A stretch of DNA of 64,000 nucleotides, taken from contig JADFXM010000039.1 in the NCBI GenBank assembly GCA_015233565.1, positions 3,522 to 67,521 on the forward strand. The letters are read 5' to 3'. A model generated the notes under the pieces. The model was not told the origin of the DNA. It did not search any database and worked only from the letters and a program-made list of their open reading frames with translations. How positions within the stretch are numbered: the first letter of the stretch is position 1; each line of letters opens with the position of its first letter. This document shows positions 61,601 to 64,000 of this stretch, piece by piece. The position numbers were made by a program, and so were the translations under genes. This DNA is from Candidatus Rifleibacteriota bacterium. Its GTDB lineage: Bacteria; Muiribacteriota; Ozemobacteria; Ozemobacterales; Ozemobacteraceae.

Positions 61601-64000
61601 CCCTCAGGGGACTTTGAATAATACCCCGTTCAGTATGGGAGTCTGGCCATATTATTCGACCTTGAAGATTTCGGTAAGCGGAAAACCCAGTGAGCCAGTT
61701 TATTTGCACTTCATGTCGAATGGTTTTTCTGTTGCTTCATATCCGGTGTCTTTTGCCAATGGAAAAACACAGTTTGTTTGGAGTTCGACAAGAGGCCCGG
61801 TTCCTACAGTTCCAACTTCGTATCAAATAAAATTAGTGGATTCGCTGGGAAATGAATCAACTGAAATTCCGAATTGGACTGTTGATTCGCTTCCACCTTC
61901 CATTAATTCGGTCTCAATTTCCGGAGGAAGTTTTTTCACGAATACCGGGGAAAGATATTTCAACCCTCAAATTCACGGTAGCATTGGGACCAACTGGCTG
62001 ATTTCAGGTGAATCAAATCCACCTTTATTACGTATTACCGGTAATGGAGCAACGCAAACTCTCGCTTTGGCGGGGTCGGGTACCAGTTGGAACAGCACGT
62101 TCACAGGTAAAAAACCTGATGGTACTAACCTTCCCGATGGGGAATATTATCTTGACATCGTGGATGTAGCAGGAAACGTTGGAAACAGTGCTTCTCCGGC
62201 GCCATCAAGTATTTCGGTAATAATAGATACTCAGGCTCCGTCAGTTTCAACTATTACAACCAAAGTTAATGGTACATTGAAAGACAGATTTTCACCAACT
62301 GTTTCCGGGTTGGAAATTTCCCTCACCACCAGTGAATCAATCTCTCCAACTGGTGTGTGGAATGTAATAGTTAAGTCGAGCAGTGGAATAACAGTCAAGA
62401 GGTTAACGATTGGTCTATTGGATTCCGGTGGAATCGGCGTAATTTGGGATGGAACCGGTCTGGACGGAAAAATCATTGGCGATGGTAGCTACCGGATTTA
62501 TATTACAGATTTTGCCGGAAATAGTACTACAGACTCCGCTTTAGTAACAGTTGTGAAGAATGACTTCAAGGTTACGTCTGTTAATCAACTGACAAGTAAA
62601 TCATTGAAAGTAACATTCAATCAGGATGTTGACCCAAATTCAGTAACTGGCAGTGCGTTTTCTTTCGATCCTCAGGGGCCTATCGTTAATTCTGTATCGC
62701 TGATTGACAATAGAAACATTGAGGCTGATATGGCCGACACTTTCTCCAATGGTGTGTCTTACAAGGTTACCCTGAATTCAGGATCCATTTCTTCCATTGA
62801 TGGAATACCGATTACCGATGGAAAAAATTCTGGGAAATTTACAGCTGACAGTCAAGGACCGGTGCTTTCAAAAGTAGGTTTTGAGGGAATAAGTAATAAT
62901 CGCGACTTCATTTTATACTTCAGTGAAGTTGTGGACAAAACAAGTGCTGAAGATGTTACTACTTATGTGTTAACACTGGGAACAAAAAAGATTTCCATCA
63001 CCCGGGCTTCGGTGAGATCAGATAATGCTTCAGTTCTTTTATCTGCAGCTGAAGATCTTTCTAACAGCAACTCTTACAAGATTGGAGCGTATGGGATAGC
63101 CGATAAATTCGGAAACCTCAGCCAGGGATCAACTGTTGAAAAAACATTCAATGGAATTGATCTCACTCCACCGCAGTTGTTGCTTTATGCATTTTCAAAT
63201 CCTGCAAATGAACAGGACCTAATGATAGTACTATCCAGCAATGAAGACTTGAGTGGAACGCCGGTTGTCACGCTCACACAAAGTGGAGGGTCACCGATTA
63301 GTATTACGATGAATCCTGGAACACGTCCAAGATATTACATGGGTGGCGCCCGTTTGGACCCCAATTTTTCGGGGAGTGCAGAAATTCAAGCTTCGGCAAA
63401 TGATTTGTCGGGAAATACCGGAAAAGCCACCTTTAGTTTCAGTGCAGCCATAGTGAGCGCCAATCTCAGAGCTTCATTGATCTCTTCTGACGGAAAATGT
63501 TCTTCCACTTTTGATCAGGAAACTTTCAAAGAAAAAACAATGGTAACCTTGATAGAACAACCTTTATACAAAAACCCTCAAATAAATGGTTCATTGATTG
63601 TGCCACTTCCAATCAACAGAATTCTTGGGACAAAATTTAATGTGGTGAACAATTCAACCGCTTCGATTACTTTGATTGCTTCGAATACTATCGTTTCCAA
63701 TACTCCTTCAAATAATTCGGAACTCGAGATTCAGAGCTCTGCTTACGAGATCAGTTTCGGTAAGACAGTCAATCTTAAACCTTTTACTGTATCTATTTCG
63801 ATTTCGGAAGCAAAATCCTTGAAGGGACTGGGAATATTTGCACTCGATACTTCTTCGAATTGGCAATGGATCAATTCGAGCACTTCAGGGCACAAACTGA
63901 CTTTCAGAGCTATTACTGCCGGAGTTTATTCGATAATGAAGGATTTCGTGGCTCCTTCGATAGTCGTTACAACCAAAATTCCTGATTTCGAGACTATCTC
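49602..64000 (+). CDS. Giant exported Ig-like repeat surface protein, >4,799 aa, 3' end outside the window
   Basis: First ATG after the in-frame stop at 49551; signal peptide MIGKQ...VILVLFCFFFFCGAKLFA|DPP. Spot translation in this frame gives recurring D-x-A-G-N and (I/V/F)D-x-x-x-P motifs up to ...KDFVAPSIVVTTKIPDFETI at the window end. The ORF track lists no ORF in this frame, consistent with no internal stop. FlgD-like WDG...DGSY at about 62340-62520. Confidence 0.9.
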   Translation, partial: MIGKQFLLKKTRNYWNVILVLFCFFFFCGAKLFADPPAYISNVQSITTNPPYGGDVATIGAKITYTLTTGISLPGDDPVQAWITLWDGGPSFLMAPTLPQTPPFSTFTTTYTVPEGTWNSQATPFKFQFVSTGSPTSPVSVSAPNINQIKIDNMRPKVSGPMTVQIRSFPYSSAPISWTGQWIKKDDKVILTQAVDTTAYQAGESAVVDVSSLQPGAGNTQQALSFDNGNKKYVSPELLVESWLDNSGSPIDYHAVDLYGNATDANPILLLPVDTTPATITSIVFNPATTSVSAYKANDTVTITVNLQGHDSDSVIASCTWLSPSGINLPYISGNAPAIFQKTITVYPSPPATRFAGPTPCDFIVTDKAGNITTSSVQLNIDNTMPLLPNQPTAAIIQTNGKLSDSVGIIGDRLILQATATFSPSQSGKVFIDLSPLGPNCPSALEIPGAGVAGSYGIAYTLPAGIAEDPDQRTFTVTAKDMNAGGNVVASWTTPPIIIDNTPPVISNTSVTRLSGTAGKYKIGDQFQISARVLNLDGAELGAVGVNVASLSSLYTSSTPLTRNSADPSLFEGIFTVGSFTDVTRGWNGVSDIKLIASDAQGNLATASVSTIDPIYNVFPDVLATTWSVNPPLDSAQHSYVRVGDSVTLLVQLSQIINGETVVSNLSSVNGSANQSLTYDGIGTYTYTWKIATGSLNNGATFPVTISDSGGNSTVKIISIQPYDDSPPSPGSMIMTGKDWVDSPNAVNIGDQLNFRIPLTLASPDDHGTATIDLSRVGGPSAATMTFSDASYSVFFTATNTSVNLEETSYSFTAVITDKAGNYRLVQNGPHVVDCWPPKLLELKTGIREGVSTATIGMHVELHAHTAEEDTGVPYVDLSAFGLSATTYMTGSSTPHWWDYSLAIATGGASGISIFDNKLASWSVTIKDDAGNIASMQTANVGIDNNPPIVNGAFTVSPSDKVKLGDTLTFSLPVSGDIGTATVNLVSIGRLASSQMSYSAPNFTLSTTTALTTVEYTNYVFQATITDSNGNKVIVNSNPVNFIDCLPPAFANGGINISQTNSDNPNSLVANINDTLTVYASMSYYADAIGSATLIASGVQVATATMKYVSARNRHEATFVVPKSGSVNWGDLNESPVSFILTATDDVGNVATSSSGAAAFTIDNLTPIINGVTWTVYPSIATSTFNGEPVINVGSGTTLDLLWASATIDTNISDAFFNLSAYPGGPSKFAIAYSGQVASSSPGVSLSDYSSTNWTHATFSITLKDQGGNSVISSQSFYIDTRRPQLTDASFNGSILTLTYDEEIWTFDPTQFEIWGSTTAGISTFTALSTYTPPLGLFSVDLPIPIASRTIMTTWASQSLYLRAKTGAAVTDFAGNWCYQYDRFPITLTSTAWREPPRINSLVVTQTWPASPSVILDFYFSKSIAPGSLVASNGVLFVTANDFSTVDYRNGYVFQPTDAVSWPGSDNTQLRITLASDSAAWVAKKLGNGTTTLKFATRSGASVFLKDDLQKPMGAISSASPVSAGVTRPYTVSPPPFAFNVESGSSGTSPPILDISGSKGLLKLNFSDDALLYSNDFETIDQIIPKMGMPIPTYIKRTTAFHGKIALFDSGVSPATSINLTFEPLSQTRNGKISSKTVTLELTDTDLQNMLAMFKSNATPSWQLQVQSGAFSNWWSQPNQAYGISEPGFVQLATPTPHAASCTLAAVAFSDPSPTKYHSAGDLTFECELFPGTLGNSWIPIASTTPTVQILRQDNSTVLTTGTFLGWGSRQVTGETAPRAIARFKSTSNLPQNVERIPAEIKIDSVYDIFSNKMDPNSNIGSFVFDLSARNDSTVGGFNTASAALVIDSRAPLVVSVTPSPGPIGQTSINGRFFDVTFDESMDTTTSNIPFLQLATTGQTLTFNFQTWINSSQTARFTNAQAITPATLNGIWTYQVASGYDPAGNMMGTPTGLTLEIRSASPEPTIEVQTRQPQLSSQVLVGQPLSLSVGDGTATIKITYPDVPSYTPHNLQVFDANDVQVATLTPSGINPLYAWFPGPSANWVSGRFPSSNRGPETYRFKIINSLGSISSFYIGSIIHDSKPAQISSFAFDDGSKGLSIGGIRYYSSALGSATITIQSDATDSQRLTIASTSSQLPQVYDLTKSGTTHSAVFGGSLDECLATFTMVDLAGNFATGVKPTFLVKVDKTSPTVISVSPSQPIGPSSPGQTTFDITFSEEMNTAVVPTVTLSTGSTIIHLQGIAPSCWLSSTTCRLTNQDAIVELPISTYTYQISNAKDYAGNAVLPSNFQVYIFSKGTPAITTVLTRQPGISPDLFTNQPFSPYVGASSATVVISFSPAIQVNPPYRLLVYDTSDVNVATFSISSGNPGSAIFSNNASLWASGAAPGTNTGPQTYRFKLLDTFGNISTSYIGSIVYDSKSTNINSFSFNDGGRGIATNGIRYYAPVYGSATVSIQGDNTDSHRLVFASNPALLPVLFPMTVSGNTHSVVFGSGISECVATLSVVDWAGNLSTGSPANMTVRFDRTAPIVTTASPSMPIGVREALKGIFDISFSEPMQQGIIPTATLENSFAIINLQPISSTPWISSTVCRFTNRDAIKDLPIGTYTYFVSGARDLAGIDNLTGSAQVYIHSTSASATVTIFTKQPQISSDVLSDQPFSTKVGDGSATVQFDFSPDIMGGSPFNMIVCDQNNVPVATLPISAGNTGFSTFPGSFSNWASNKFPALNVGPINYQLKVSDKFGNLSTSLKTLIFDSNSPSINTFTVSDGGGIATLSPDLQRTVRYHSPALGHAVISLGTNSNDSLRLLVGPSLKSATTTFALTGGGSTSNYSLELDTTTFPETEGILRVADLAGNTAIGAHPTLGILIDQTSPTVKSVSPTQPIGAIQAGNGVFDFTFSERMNTAVAPNGQITSGSVSIRLQATAPGCWISPYISRMTNLDPILNIPPSTYSWQISGAVDYAGNANLPCTQQIFINSTAPSGQVIILTKQPRVSNQIFQNQPYSSIVGESSATVLITFPSNTNLTAPYSLLVYDSIGVNVATFPVDLNAPVKAIFSTNSVYWASGKTPGTNVGPISYNLSLIDGLKNISSQPIGTLVFDTKSSTITALQFDDGGKGEVLDGVRYYSPNFGSASIQLQSDQTEVLRMVLASTSAYLPELFPTSFNGISFQGAFGGSLAETVATVTFVDPAGNSCGGVPSILSIRIDRTPPQITTIIPSGPIGSIDAGNGVFDIQFSEKMQTSSVPTVFLQKDSTVINMKPISTSPWISRTVCRFTNSDAIRDVPVGTYTFAVSGAKDLSGQENSPSQNQIYINSTGLVPSFTVLTKQPNLFKDILTNQPFSTLVGDGSATISLLFTADAQNVSPLNLQVFDDTNSQVATLPISWGMPATSVFPSYSSNWISGKFPLANQGPISYRFKVIDRIGNVSSNYIGTLVFDSLPANVSSLSLDDGNKGVIQNGIKYFSPALGTGNLSAQTDSADSQRLIISYGSGFPTSFVMTPNGNTHSFAFNSSIPDGIATMTLADLAGNPGLGASLSVVFDSTQPKVVSVIPATEIGPYPALSGQFDIKFSEAMNPNVVPTVTLQNGNISIPLVQAIPAPGCWIGSQTVRLTNQYSLTDFPQGKYSYIISGAADLAGNSSVNTNAGDFTLTLNPVEAAYVVTFSTRQQTISNTLLVDKPFSPVVSPFYGTLSVTKQNSAPGIPSEIRVFDSSNNLIATTPLLMSANVGTATVNAQFFNNPGKAGPIYFNIKIADNLGGVSNFSKAVTYDGLEPTVNSVTFNNATALGSTVWYSPTIKGDLSFSVQAGSGDPLNALLVTPTGTQSYPMTKPSYYYSGRIPAKDFSSLADGQYSIYFADDAGNLATGPANYSRIYVDRVAPGVTNFKSFPATPLKALGVGLASFTVTFNEKINQSASTTPQLSLASGSYVIKARLANWNNEKEAVFVNDDPITGSIPQGKWDVVIKAWDPAENVLQTQLPGLISINSQGPAISDYSIESYQQTTATLPFPQGTLNNTPFSMGVWPYYSTLKISVSGKPSEPVYLHFMSNGFSVASYPVSFANGKTQFVWSSTRGPVPTVPTSYQIKLVDSLGNESTEIPNWTVDSLPPSINSVSISGGSFFTNTGERYFNPQIHGSIGTNWLISGESNPPLLRITGNGATQTLALAGSGTSWNSTFTGKKPDGTNLPDGEYYLDIVDVAGNVGNSASPAPSSISVIIDTQAPSVSTITTKVNGTLKDRFSPTVSGLEISLTTSESISPTGVWNVIVKSSSGITVKRLTIGLLDSGGIGVIWDGTGLDGKIIGDGSYRIYITDFAGNSTTDSALVTVVKNDFKVTSVNQLTSKSLKVTFNQDVDPNSVTGSAFSFDPQGPIVNSVSLIDNRNIEADMADTFSNGVSYKVTLNSGSISSIDGIPITDGKNSGKFTADSQGPVLSKVGFEGISNNRDFILYFSEVVDKTSAEDVTTYVLTLGTKKISITRASVRSDNASVLLSAAEDLSNSNSYKIGAYGIADKFGNLSQGSTVEKTFNGIDLTPPQLLLYAFSNPANEQDLMIVLSSNEDLSGTPVVTLTQSGGSPISITMNPGTRPRYYMGGARLDPNFSGSAEIQASANDLSGNTGKATFSFSAAIVSANLRASLISSDGKCSSTFDQETFKEKTMVTLIEQPLYKNPQINGSLIVPLPINRILGTKFNVVNNSTASITLIASNTIVSNTPSNNSELEIQSSAYEISFGKTVNLKPFTVSISISEAKSLKGLGIFALDTSSNWQWINSSTSGHKLTFRAITAGVYSIMKDFVAPSIVVTTKIPDFETI
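55140..62222 (+). repeat. Seven ~336-aa tandem protein repeats inside the giant ORF
   Basis: Unit starts IDSRAP 55140, VDKTSP 56154, FDRTAP 57162, IDQTSP 58191, IDRTPP 59199, FDSTQP 60198, VDRVAP 61200, next IDTQAP 62223; spacing 999-1029 nt. Confidence 0.85.

Noticed and set aside
55140-62222. Diversity-generating retroelement or CRISPR interpretation of the repeats
   Set aside because: The repeats are in-frame diverged protein domains; no reverse transcriptase, cas genes or repeat-spacer array was seen in the window.
49844-62476. Many short ORFs listed in this interval
   Set aside because: All are off-frame or antisense to the single giant ORF starting at 49602.

Overview
AT-rich bacterial chromosomal window. 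The organism looks like a diderm (TolC/RND pumps) with Firmicute-like housekeeping gene order; an uncultured lineage such as Ca. Riflebacteria is only a guess. In order, the window holds: a hybrid two-component pair; a CusA/CusB/2xTolC Cu(I)/Ag(I) efflux cluster whose CusA has a ~250-aa insertion; gdhA; an obg-nadD/yqeK-LCP-queA-tgt-TPR operon; three paralogous 'C-EKG' lipoproteins; a Ycf46-like AAA+ ATPase; an exported kinase-like protein; rfbD; a CPBP protease; an RNase II-family gene; yggT and yggS; a lytic transglycosylase with three atypical prepilin-like genes, transcribed divergently from a TPR / LeuRS-derived / ComEA-like / ComEC cluster; a nucleotidyltransferase pair; and seven tRNAs. 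A giant Ig-repeat surface-protein ORF (>4,799 codons, 49602 to the window end) is missing from the ORF track because it has no stop in the window. Main hidden signals: (1) a sigma28/FliA-type promoter motif with identical spacing upstream of the lipoproteins (both directions), the transglycosylase-pilin operon, yggS and the giant protein, suggesting a non-flagellar surface regulon; (2) an intact but non-catalytic mini-LeuRS at the leuS position of the competence locus; (3) two small MITE-like insertions, one nested in a REP-like palindrome; (4) a recurring A-[S/T]-x-[S/T] motif in exported proteins.
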